64,000 bases of DNA from NCBI GenBank assembly GCA_004764695.1, contig SMSO01000006.1:1007859-1071858 (forward strand). The letters run 5' to 3'. Each line of letters begins with the position of its first letter. Within the stretch, counting starts at the first letter, position 1. This DNA comes from Schizochytrium sp. TIO01. Its lineage: Eukaryota > Protista > Bigyra: Labyrinthulomycetes. Under the pieces are notes generated by a model. It did no database searches. It was not told the origin of the DNA and was given only the letters and a program-made list of their open reading frames with translations. This document shows, piece after piece, positions 11,101 to 22,083 of this stretch. A program made the translations under genes and the position numbers.

Positions 11101-13062
11101 TTTTCCCTCCCCCTCTCTCTCCACTGGCGCCCGCTTTGGAGGAGGTGATTTTCTCTGACTTTTTCGTTTTCTCGTACTTTAAAAGTTGAAAATCTCTTTT
11201 ATAGGACTCTTAGCCATGATAATTAAATTTGATACAACATCACTATTATTGTTTATTATTATGACCATAATTATTATTATTTTCGAAAGACGCATGTTTT
11301 TAATACTCATTTACTTATTTATTCATTTCTATTCTCTAACTTGGACTGAAAGGTACTAAAACATGAAAAGCTTTTCCAGGTTAAAAAGTGCCAACTGGCG
11401 ACCTGTGAAAGAGACACTCAAACAGACAGAGTTAGCTCATTGCTTTCATCTCGAGGCCAAGCACTCGCGGCCTTATCTTCTTATCGCCAGCCGGAATAAA
11501 TACACGCTGAAGCAAGTTGAAGCACGCTCTGAGTGAATGGCGACGCCCGTTTCCACCTATTCGTTCCAGTCTAATGAATCCAACTTGTCTTGGCAGCTGA
11601 AGGTCGTTGACTTATGCCATTCTGCCCTCGTGGTCTCTCCTTTCAGATTTTCCCATCTGCTCTATGGGTAGGAACTGCCCTAGGGCACCTTTAGCAGAAG
11701 CCTAGCTGGACCTAACTACCATCCATAGCGCGTTTTATGTCGATCCTTCTCATTGCGGCGTATTCGTTTTCAAGACGGTGAAAGCAAATGCAAACACAGC
11801 AAATATCTGGGCACCCTGACGGTCCTTCACTCAAGAGTATCCTTCACAAGAGCGCTTGCTTATCGGAAATCACGCGAGACTTTGCATCATCGCGATCGAA
11901 GTTTCATTTAATCTAAATCTAAATCTATTTATATGATATTCAGAGGCCTATCTCTCTCTATATATATATTTCTTTTGTCAATTAAATAATAAAGGTTGCA
12001 TATCTGCAATGCCACTAAAAGCACTCCGCTTGGAGATGTAGTAGGCATACATAAAGTGCAGAAATACAGACTGATTACTGAGCTTTCAGGCTTTAGCCAA
12101 GTTAAAGCGCCTTTAAATTAAATAAACTCAGCACGTACGCACGAAGTTCTGAAAGTGGAGGGAAAATGGGTTTTTCGGTGGCCCCTTTTAGTTAGTATTT
12201 TAGTATTTTGTGCGATAGGAGGTAAAACATCGAAACGGAGGAAGCAAAAAGATGCCGTGGCTTTCATTCTGCGCAGGCAATGCAAGCAAGTGCCAAAAGC
12301 CGAGGAAGCCGCTTTCTTTCAGCTCTGCCATTTGGGCCACACTCCAGCAACGCACCGACTTTCTTGCGCAGCTCCGCGCTATCCTTGCGATCGTTGCTTC
12401 ATCCGCAATGCCAACATTTCAAGCTTCGCTTCTGGGCACTCTCAATGGTCAGTCTGTCAGTCAGTGATTGGAGCAGTGAGTTAAACGAAACCTTTTAAAC
12501 TCAACAATTATTCACTCATTCATCATTCCTTTCGCTGCTTAGCGAAACGGTAGCTAGTTTTAGCTACTTTGGTGCCTAGCCCCCATTACTGTACACTAGA
12601 AAGGAGGAGAATCAATATAAAACTTTTATTTCAGAATAACAACTATCGAAGGCTTCGAGTAGTAGGTAGTTAGAGCTTTCTTTCTATCATGAGAATGGAG
12701 AACTTCTTTCGTGTCTTTCTATTTCCTTTTATTATTATTTTTTAATAGTTATTATTGTTATATATGTATTTAAAACTTTTAACTTATTGAAAAATATTCT
12801 TAAGTTAAGAAAGAAAGAAAGAAAGAAAGAAGATAGCCTCTTGGCAGCTAGGCACTAGGTACTGTATACTCCTAGCGTTGTTTTTCCCTCCTTTGATATT
12901 TCTTTTTGCCATTTCCCGAATGCACCGGTTCCTGTGGTCTGCCTCCGCCTCCATTTTAGTTTGGTTGGCAAAAGCGGAGAGCGAACCCTCAATTTCAAGC
13001 AAGCTGGCAAGCTGGCAAGCTAGGGATCTCTCTCCATCGCAGCCAGGCCGATCAGCTGGTAA

Positions 13063-13722
13063 TTAGTCAGCCAACGCTGCAGCTTTGAGCCTGAGCTTAT
13101 GCCCTGAGTTTACAAATAATGGGAGGTTTTTTTTGGTAGTGCCTTTGGCCTTGGTTGCGGATTTGCACGGAGGGTGGGACCAGGTTCCTTGGAGGTTCTG
13201 CGCATGTTCTGTGTTCAGCCTTCTTGCTTCTTGTTGTAAGGCTTGCGGCACTTGCCCATCTTCAAGCTGCTCGCGCTCGTGCTCTTGGCTGTTGGGAGGT
13301 GCTGATACGGTGCCGTTGATGGCCTGAGTGGTGTTCTTCCCCACGGACCGCTGGAGAGGATAGCGCGTGTTCGCTGATAACCCGTTTGCCTTGAGCAATG
13401 TTCTGCTCTGGCCAGTTGTGCTCGCAGGTGCGCCCAAAAGGCGAGGGAGTGCTACCGTTTGGCCTATCAATTCCCGCTCCAGTCCTAGGAAATCCTTGGT
13501 TGCAAGGCATTGATTATGACATAGAGGAGCAAAGTTCGAGGTCTCTCGCCTCGAAGCTGCATTTGGGTGGTGGGATATCTCGACACCTTCTCCAAACTCG
13601 ACTGAGACTCGGCTGCCTCTGTCCTCGAAGAAGAATAATAATAATAATAAGAAGGCAATGCTGCTGATGATAAACATCGCTTGCAAACTCGAGGTCAAGT
13701 CGTCTTCAACTTCGACCTGCAT
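13063..13722 (-). CDS. Hypothetical protein (about 219 aa from first ATG; doubtful)
   Basis: Long GC-rich ORF in an otherwise non-coding region with no recognisable domain. The hydrophobic run is partly encoded by an (AAT)n microsatellite. Confidence 0.3.
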   Translation of the reverse strand: MQVEVEDDLTSSLQAMFIISSIAFLLLLLFFFEDRGSRVSVEFGEGVEISHHPNAASRRETSNFAPLCHNQCLATKDFLGLERELIGQTVALPRLLGAPASTTGQSRTLLKANGLSANTRYPLQRSVGKNTTQAINGTVSAPPNSQEHEREQLEDGQVPQALQQEARRLNTEHAQNLQGTWSHPPCKSATKAKGTTKKNLPLFVNSGHKLRLKAAALAD

Positions 13723-14464
13723 CACCTCCGCGGTGTCCCTTTGTCCCGTATCTGCGCACACCCTTCTGAGACTCAGGAAAAGAAGTAATATCACAAAACT
13801 CTTTGACGAAGAGTGAGTGAGTGACTTCGGTCCCCTTTAATGTGGTTGGCCTTCGACGGCGTATGCTTACTCATAGACAGTGCGGACATGACGCAGAAGC
13901 CATTGCGGTCCCAGAGGTTATCTGTCTTTCATCATGATCTGCAGCGAAAAGCATTATTCGATAATGCCACTGACACCTCTCTCTTCACGCGTATTGGTTT
14001 TTTTGTTTTCCGCTTTTTTTCCCATCTCGAAACAAAGCCAAACAAGGAACACACAAAACTCTTTATAAAAACTATTACACTACTTCAATTCCTCATGCAT
14101 AGGAGCCTTTGGCTACTTCTTAGCTAGGCAGCACTCATTTTAATTATTTCTTTTACTTTTCATAGATAAATTAATTGACCATTTGATCTCTTTAATTTTA
14201 TTAAATTAGGAAAATAAAAAGTTAAAAAGCTAAAAAGCTAAAAATCTAATTTAGCCCTTTAGTAGTAGCCTAACAATAGTAGCCAAACAACAAAGAAAGA
14301 ATGTTGTAAAGACAATGGCTGCTTCTGCGAAAAGCTCGCGTGGGGCAGCGTGGAATGCCGCCAAAGACGCAGTTCTCTCGGCGTGAGAGGAGGAAAACGC
14401 CTGAAAGCACCCCTTCGCACGCAGGAGCAGCGGCCCCTCTCCTCTCCAGCGCAAGCTAAGGACC

Positions 14465-14492
14465 CATGACATGACATGACATGACATGACAT
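14465..14492. repeat. (CATGA)n pentanucleotide microsatellite
   Basis: catgacatgacatgacatgacatgacat read directly. Confidence 0.9.
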
Positions 14493-15182
14493 AGTTGCGC
14501 CTAATCTGCGTGCTTCTTCGCCCCCCTGAAAGAGTGACTAGCACCTCCTAGGCAGGTGCCTAATGGGTCGATCACAGCAAGAGAAAGAGCATTTGTTTAT
14601 TTATTATTTATTATTTATTTATTTATTTATTATTGCTTATTTGCTTATTTGCTTATTTTTTGTTTTATGTTTTTTCCATTGTATACATAAAGTGCAGATA
14701 GCAATAGCACTTATAAGATTGAGTGGAACTAGGTTGAAAACGAACAGAGGCGGCTAATTGGTTGTACAGAACGTGTCTGAGCTTACTTCGATGTTATCTC
14801 CTACTTTCTGCGGCGTCTTCTTTATTGCGCGTTGTCACCGTTTTGGGGAGAGAGAGAGAGGTATGTTGTGTCATGGTCTTTCGGGTCTCCTTGCTGTCTT
14901 TTGATATCGCTAGTAAAGGTGCTATCATTATCTTTGGAGTTGTATTATTAGCATTACTGCCACGTACTAGAGCAATTCGTTTTTAATTAATTGAATTAAA
15001 GTTTAAATTAAAAGACAGATTTAACACACGTACATACAGTATTTTCAATTGTATTTTTTTTCAATTAAATAGAAAAAAAGGAAGTATTGGACTTTTGTTT
15101 TCATTTTTCATTTTCAAATATTTTATGTATTTTTTTATTCTTTTTCAAAGTGAGTGAAGAAGCAAAATCAATGAATTAGAAA

Positions 15183-15185
<3 letters not shown>

Positions 15186-15224
<39 letters not shown>

Positions 15225-15295
15225 GGCCTATTATATACATATGAGAGAGACAGAGACGGAGACAGAGACAGAGACAGACAGACAGACAGACAGAC
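15186..15295. repeat. (AT)18 followed by GA/GAGACA/GACA compound microsatellite, upstream of the 15558 gene
   Basis: Read directly from the sequence. Confidence 0.95.
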
Positions 15296-15557
15296 TTTAA
15301 TCTGCGACCGTGCCGTGCATAGGCAGGGTCTCTTTCTTCGCGGTGCGTGTGGCGGAGGCAGCGAAAGCCCCCAGCCCCGGCCGGTTCTCCCTCCCCGGCC
15401 CTCGGTTGGCCTTTGGCTGCTGTTCGAGGTCTTTGTTACGGCTTGTCCATATTTTCCTTCTTTTCTTTGCTCTCTCTCTCTCTCTTTGGTGACTAGTTTG
15501 CTCTTCTAAGGCCCCATCCATTCCCTCATCGATCGTGGTGGTGTCGTCGGCAGCGCC

Positions 15558-17687
15558 ATGAGCAAGCGGGATGGCGCCTCTGTGGCGAGCGGCGTGTCTG
15601 CAGGCGGCGGCGAAAAGGACCCGAAGTCCGCCAAGCGCCTGAAGAAGGAGGTCAAGCCGGGCCAGGGCTTTGACACGCGGTGGAAATTTAAGATCGAGCC
15701 TCAGCCGCCCAAGTTCCCCTTCATGGGCGAGTACTTCGACCTCAACATCTACCTAGTGGACACTGATGGCAAGCTCATGGTGGACTATGAGGTACCCATC
15801 ACCCTTGAGCTCTTTGTTGAAGGAGAGTCCATCCCTGTGCAGAACACGGTGTCCTCTTCACCATGTATTGAGATTGACCCTACTACACCCCCGCTCATCG
15901 AACGCGGCAAAGGCTGCGCAGCTCTCCGCGTTAAAGTCCTTGAACTTTCTCGAACCCGTGGAAATAGAAAGTTCTGCTTCATGGTAAAGCGCAGGGCCGG
16001 TCCTCGCGGCAATCTCCCTCGCGAAGTCAGCCCCGTCATGACCCGCGCAATGCTCGTCGTCAACGCCCACATCGTCGTCACGAACGAGATGCCCAAGGTT
16101 TGGTACAAAGATCAAGGAGGCCGCGACAAATGCATTGACATAGACCTCGAATTAAGAGGTCCAGGAGGCGTCGTCACAGGTCAGGAGGTACCGCTCAAGT
16201 GTGTGCTGCTCTACGAGGACTTCAAGCAGGTTCTGCACCAAGATATTCTGCAACCAAGCCCGACTACAGTGCTCAAGATTGGCGGTAGCGGCAAACAGCG
16301 CATCAGGCTTCGTATTGAGGATGTGTCTAAGAACCACCAAAGCAAGAATTTCCGTATCCGTATTGAACCAGACACAACCAATAGCCCAGTCCACTTCGAT
16401 AAGTCACCCGATGTCACTGGACCAGTGCTCGTCAGGTCCAAGCTTAACAGGCGCCAGAAACAAAAGATCATGGAGCAGCAGAAGGAAATGGCAGACATGA
16501 GCGCAGCGGATGTAGCCGCAGCAAAGCTTGTGCTGCCCAATGGGAAGGAAGGCGTGCAGGACCTCTCTACTTTCAGTCCGCACCTCGCATCAGCAATATG
16601 GTGTGAACACGCCAGAGATGCTCTCGCCGGACTTCAGGCCGTTGCAGCGAGACTCGTACACCAGTATGATGCAACCATTAGACCGCAGGTCAGGGATGTG
16701 CTCGCGAATCGCAAGACTGATGGTATCTTCAGCTCGCTTGACGAGCTGGGACCATCACTGTCTCCAGCGGCGAGAGAAGACTCGAGCGGAGCTGCGAGTG
16801 ACGCTCTCACCTCAGCATCGCATGGAAACAGCAACAATAACCATGGTCAATCAAGTAGCTCGCAACTGCAACCAACAACATCATCGGGATCGATGCTGCC
16901 TTCCACGCAAAGCTTGAACGATATGCCATTGCAGCCGTTCGGAGGCGCCGCGGCAACTGCAGGAAATCTCGGAGGAGTTGGGGTGGGAGGACCCGGAATG
17001 CAGCAACAGAGTACAAACCTCGGAGGACTTGACAGAGGCATCTCAACTTTCTCCATGGCTGGCGTGGAAGACTTCATGAGGGGCACCAGCGCACTCGTGA
17101 GAGGACTCTCCTTGACCATTGGAGGTGGAGCGCACGGACAGTACGGCGGTCCGCCGGATCTGCCCAGAGAAATATCGACGCTATCGTTTCCCGGTGAAAG
17201 CTTTGGAGGCCCTTCGCACTTGGGGGGACCCAGATACCCACCGATGGGCAACTCACATGGGGTAGGACATCAGCAGCAGCAAATGGGTTATGGAAACGAA
17301 CACTCGATTCATTCAAATTCAGGCAACAACCAGGGAATTGCAGAACAACCTGTAAGCATGCGTACGCGCAGGCAAAGGAGTCGAGGGTCCATTGGTGTTG
17401 CATGGATCTGGAGAGAGATTTGTGCAGGTAAAGATGGCGTTGTCAAGGGCCTACCTGCACTAGACAAGAACAAGAGGCTGGTAGGATTCTACTTTAAAAT
17501 CACAGATACAGATACAGGCTTTCGACAGCTCGGGACTGCAGGACTCTCGCCGCGTGATATTTCTGCCATTGAAGAACACTTTGATCGAATTCATCAGACT
17601 GGCACGCCAACCATTGCATCTGTTGAAAGCACAGAAGAAGGCTACGCAATTGCTCAGAACTTCTTTAAAACTGTTGGCATTCACTAA
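15558..17687 (+). CDS. Putative transcription factor with two tandem beta-rich Ig-fold (CudA/plant STAT-like-type) domains and a low-complexity C-terminal region
   Basis: 709-aa intronless ORF with an N-terminal NLS-like KSAKRLKK. It shows an internal duplication (LRVKVLELSRTRGNRKFCFMV...SPVMTRAMLVV versus IRLRIEDVSKNHQSKNFRIRI...SPDVTGPVLVRSK) and a WYKDQGGRDKC motif. The tail is G/Q/S/N-rich. The ORF is certain; the function is inferred. Confidence 0.65.
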   Translation: MSKRDGASVASGVSAGGGEKDPKSAKRLKKEVKPGQGFDTRWKFKIEPQPPKFPFMGEYFDLNIYLVDTDGKLMVDYEVPITLELFVEGESIPVQNTVSSSPCIEIDPTTPPLIERGKGCAALRVKVLELSRTRGNRKFCFMVKRRAGPRGNLPREVSPVMTRAMLVVNAHIVVTNEMPKVWYKDQGGRDKCIDIDLELRGPGGVVTGQEVPLKCVLLYEDFKQVLHQDILQPSPTTVLKIGGSGKQRIRLRIEDVSKNHQSKNFRIRIEPDTTNSPVHFDKSPDVTGPVLVRSKLNRRQKQKIMEQQKEMADMSAADVAAAKLVLPNGKEGVQDLSTFSPHLASAIWCEHARDALAGLQAVAARLVHQYDATIRPQVRDVLANRKTDGIFSSLDELGPSLSPAAREDSSGAASDALTSASHGNSNNNHGQSSSSQLQPTTSSGSMLPSTQSLNDMPLQPFGGAAATAGNLGGVGVGGPGMQQQSTNLGGLDRGISTFSMAGVEDFMRGTSALVRGLSLTIGGGAHGQYGGPPDLPREISTLSFPGESFGGPSHLGGPRYPPMGNSHGVGHQQQQMGYGNEHSIHSNSGNNQGIAEQPVSMRTRRQRSRGSIGVAWIWREICAGKDGVVKGLPALDKNKRLVGFYFKITDTDTGFRQLGTAGLSPRDISAIEEHFDRIHQTGTPTIASVESTEEGYAIAQNFFKTVGIH

Positions 17688-18659
17688 CTATAATAATACC
17701 TGCCTTCCTGCGTGTATGTATGCACAAACCCATCCACCCAAACGAATTTTCTGGCACGCGTCCCGTGCAGCCGCTCACAACCGCACACAAATGCACAATT
17801 AATTCATTGTTTGATTGTTTGCTGCAAAATGCAAATGCAACACTACCAGAACCAGCGACGCCTGTGGCCATTATTGTTCTCGTGCTTCGGTCGTCTTGGT
17901 ACAAACGCTTCCTTTGTTTCCCCACTTCCTCCCTTTTTTGGAGTTGCCGGCGCCTATCTTTGCATGGACACTACTGTCATTCATTCTCAGTTAATTAATG
18001 ATGACGAATGAGCTCGCTCTTGCGGATAGATAGTTAGATATAGATAGCTACCCAGGTAATTTGGAAATTTAATCCATAGTACCCTTTCTTAACCACCGCG
18101 ACCATCCACCGCGCAAAGCCAATAATATAATGCTTACGCCATGATCTACTCATCTATCCTTTGCTTTCTCCGGTTTCATCTGATCTAGATCGTTTATGAA
18201 CTGATTAATCTCCTCTTTTTTTTTTACCTACACCAACTTTTATCTCTTCCTTACTTCCGTAATTATTTGCTATACACAGTCCTGTTATTGTACCAAGCAT
18301 GGAGATCCTGTGACTTTCTTCTTCTGCCAACCTGAATTGCATTTCTTCTTGGCGAGCGTTCTTTTGCTTTTGAAGTATTTCTTCCCCGAACCTAATTATA
18401 TGAATTAATACCTGCCTTAATACAATTCGCTACATATTGCGGCATTCTGAAGCAACCCTGGCATACTCTTATACTAATTGCAAGCCTCCTGTGATTACGT
18501 AAAGTGAATTGTGTGTCATAACTTTGCCCTTGACATCGTTTCCATATACTCGCTGTCTTTTTGGAGCCCATTATCGAAAATCCGAACGTTGCACAATAAT
18601 AAAAGTAATAGCGATGAGGTAGTCTGGGTCAGTTCTGTTGGGATCAAGGCAGAAACAGA

Positions 18660-19457
18660 ATGTCTCGAAGCGGCGTGGAAAGCTGCGGCGCGAGATGGAG
18701 TGACAAAGAAAATCTCGACACGAGAAGCACTGAGAAGGCGTACCCTCGTGATGGCCTCGAGGTCCTACAGGAGCTGGAGAGCCTTGCAGACGCTCTGACA
18801 CTGAAAGCTTCAGAACATGGGCGAATGGCAAGCCTCGAGCGGGACGCGTCCGAGGCTCGCAGTGAAGGAGCACTATCCACACGGCTCAAAGCTTTAGAGG
18901 CGCAAGTCAGAGCTCTCGAAGAAGAACGCAAAGTTCTCCTGGATTCAGCAAGATCTCGCATGCAAGAAGCGCTAATCATCGAAAAGAATGCCATCGAGAC
19001 CGCCATAGCAGCATCTCAAAGAGCACAACGCCTTAAACAAGAACTTGAGCGTGAACGCACGGAAAATACAAGGCTGCAAGAAGACCTTGCAAGCGCCGGT
19101 GAATATTTAGAACGCACACACAACTCCATCGAGCTGGAGACATCCAGAGGCCTCGACGTGCAAATGGAGCTTGCTCAACGGCTTGAACGAGAGTCTGGTC
19201 ACCGTAGAGACCTCGAGGCACAAGTCAGCAAACTACGTGAATCCCTCAATCGTGAAGAAACCCTCCATAAAAAAACAAGGCACAAACTCAAGGCGCAAGA
19301 AGATCGCCTCACGCAGCTGGAACAAGTGCAGATGGAAAATGAGGACTTAAAAGTGAAAACAGAAGAAATGAAACGTCTCTTACGTGCTGTGTCTAGTCAA
19401 AAACCCTTATTTGATCGTATTCATCGCTTGCAGCGTAAGCAAGAGACAGGTCGATGA
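18660..19457 (+). CDS. Coiled-coil protein of unknown function
   Basis: 265-aa ORF with continuous E/R/L/Q heptads. Confidence 0.85.
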   Translation: MSRSGVESCGARWSDKENLDTRSTEKAYPRDGLEVLQELESLADALTLKASEHGRMASLERDASEARSEGALSTRLKALEAQVRALEEERKVLLDSARSRMQEALIIEKNAIETAIAASQRAQRLKQELERERTENTRLQEDLASAGEYLERTHNSIELETSRGLDVQMELAQRLERESGHRRDLEAQVSKLRESLNREETLHKKTRHKLKAQEDRLTQLEQVQMENEDLKVKTEEMKRLLRAVSSQKPLFDRIHRLQRKQETGR

Positions 19458-19831
19458 TATATTTAAGAACACACTAAGGTGTGTGGTGGCGTATGCTTTA
19501 CTCCCTTCTGATTCATTCACATGACCAAAGGGTTCAGCCTAAGCATAATACTTATGCTACTACAGAATCCTTGAGAAACTGTATCGAGATAGGGCCTACA
19601 ACCCAACAAAGGATTAACCTTTCCAGAAATTATATTGCATGGTTAATCAATACACTGATCCTGGCGGAGGTTTTTGATGGATCAATCTTACTAAAGATTT
19701 AATCCTGTTCGGCTTAATCGATCATATATGATGTAGAGTTCTAGTATCCAAATTAAGGACAAACAGGATAGTGCTATTTTGCTTCGAATATGTTTTGTAG
19801 ATGTGATTCTGGAGATTGCAGCAGCTCCCTG

Positions 19832-20782
19832 TCATCGCCTCCTGCGGGACTTCGCACTGGGTTCTTGAATAACAAGATGATCGCCGCCACCTTCAGGCAA
19901 TGTAATAGTTCCGACGTTTAACCACTTTAGTAGCTTTTGCGCTTCCGGATAACGTATTAGTACAACGGGGACATGAATCTTCTTCCATTCTGTGGCCAGA
20001 TCCTGATGCGCAAATCCCTGTGAGAGTCGATCTGAGGGGCGCTGACCCATCAGGGGGCCGCAGTCAAAATTCTCGTCGCATCCGCCCTCTACTTCATCAA
20101 CAATAATAACTGCAGAAGCGCCGGCCTCTTGCACTCGAAGCGCCTTGTCCAGCAAGGTCACTCCTCCACCACGAAATACTAGTGTAAGATGATCCTTGAC
20201 TTGATGGCCATTAATTATTCGATCTCGACCATCATTGGGAACGGCAACAGCAATGCGACCGTCTACGTGATACTTTACAGGTGCATAATGCGCATCCCAT
20301 ATGTCAATCAAAGACCCAGTTTCGTGTGCGTCCATACAATTGACGCAAAACGTCAAGCCTTCTGCAAACATCAGAGAGACCTGCAAGCCAGGAATATAGC
20401 AATGTGGCTCTCCATTGCCTTTGATCTGCTCTGTGCAGAGCTTCTCATTTTCTAAACTCTTCCGTCGCTCAATATTGCGCTCTTCTTCACTCATTGTCTC
20501 GATCCGCTGCCGAGCTTGAAATACCTCGAACTCTTCACGTGTTTGGAATGCAGGTTGATACTGCGGAATACCGCGATCGATTGCCTCATGGTGAAACGAA
20601 CTACCTGGCATCCTTCGCTTTGTTTTGCTATGATGGTGATGGTGATGATGGCCAGCTGCTCCATCAACGTTTAAGACTGCCCAGTCTGACAAACATATTA
20701 ATGACCACAGCACCAGAAAAACGCGTAGAGAGAGCACGTGCGGGCTGCGGCCTCGTGGCGTCACAAACCTCCGCCGCCTCAT
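19832..20782 (-). CDS. Stand-alone protease-associated (PA) domain protein with N-terminal signal/anchor (PRADC1-like architecture)
   Basis: Hydrophobic segment VFLVLWSLICL and a His7 tract. PA motifs: AVPNDG..IINGHQVKDHLTLVFRGG-VTLLDKALRVQEAGASAVIIVD...IHVPVVLI. Confidence 0.85.
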   Translation of the reverse strand: MRRRRFVTPRGRSPHVLSLRVFLVLWSLICLSDWAVLNVDGAAGHHHHHHHSKTKRRMPGSSFHHEAIDRGIPQYQPAFQTREEFEVFQARQRIETMSEEERNIERRKSLENEKLCTEQIKGNGEPHCYIPGLQVSLMFAEGLTFCVNCMDAHETGSLIDIWDAHYAPVKYHVDGRIAVAVPNDGRDRIINGHQVKDHLTLVFRGGGVTLLDKALRVQEAGASAVIIVDEVEGGCDENFDCGPLMGQRPSDRLSQGFAHQDLATEWKKIHVPVVLIRYPEAQKLLKWLNVGTITLPEGGGDHLVIQEPSAKSRRRR

Positions 20783-22083
20783 CAGTTATGTGAGTTTTTT
20801 CCCTAGCTTCTTACCGCATAGCGTGCTCGCACGCAAACTCGCTTTAGATGCAGATGAACGTCACTTTGGCTTGCTGAGTCAGATCACAACACACCTCCGA
20901 CCCTTTTAATTTGCTGTACACACCTTTAACAAAATTGAAAAAAGAGAAGTTTGCCTTTGATGATACTTTCCTGCCTTTCAAAATGTGTTTGCTACACTAC
21001 GATTTCATCTAAACACTGGGTTTTAAAAGTTTTTATCTCTTTTATTGATACGTGCGTTGAACCTAACACCTTGAAACAAGCACGTGCCGGACCTTTTGCA
21101 GCTGTTCAACCGCCAACACGGAAAAAGCTATGAGCTTGACGCGCTATGATGATCAATCAGTGTGCTCTATGGCTTACAACTCCAGCGCAGGGGTCAGCTT
21201 TCAAAATACTCTCTGGACTCTTTTCATCACAGGAGAGGCCGAATCCACACCATCCAGCGATCTTTTTCAAGGACTTTGAAGTTCCTGCCTTCCCCAATGA
21301 TCCTTGTTTTCGAACCCTATTCTTTGTACTTACACGTTCCTCGCACTATTTACAAAAATTGAGAAACGGGGAGACATAACGCACTTAACGAGTCTTTCTT
21401 GCTTCAGCATCCTAACGCCAACTACTAAATACGCTACCGAAGACTCTACCTTGAGAGACGCGCAAAACACACCTTGAAAGACATATGTTTCGATTCCACT
21501 ACTTAGTTGAAACAAACTCCTAGTATTAGCAATAGAAAAGATGGTAGCAGAACTGTATGAACTAGCGAAAGACGGAGAACCCAACGGCTCGAAAGGACAA
21601 TGGATAAGAAAAGAAACCAACGAAGACGCAAGCAGGGTACTTGTAGCGGCCGGAAATCATGCTGAAGGTTATTGAAAAAAATCCTAGCATGGACAGAAAA
21701 GGCACATGGAACCAGGTGCACAGCACTGCAACTGGCCCGAGCTGCGCTTTGATAGCAAAAGGTACACAATTTAATTTTGTTGTTAAAGTGATGACATGAC
21801 GCTAATTTAGCGTAAAGTAGCGCTTTAAACGGCGTTACTAAAACCGAACATCATGACACTAAACGCGATAGTGCTATACACATATAGAGCTTATGATAGT
21901 CTACCAATTCTTGTCCTCTTTTCATAGAGCTTAGCAGAGTAGGGCTCACAATATTACAACTCTTATTCAAGTGCTTTATGTAGAGTGGGCTAGGCAGGCC
22001 AAAACGAGCAGAACTATCTCCATAGCAGTGCCTTGAGGGGCGTGATATCCCTCGGTATTGTGTAGGCGCGCGAGGTTGTGAGC

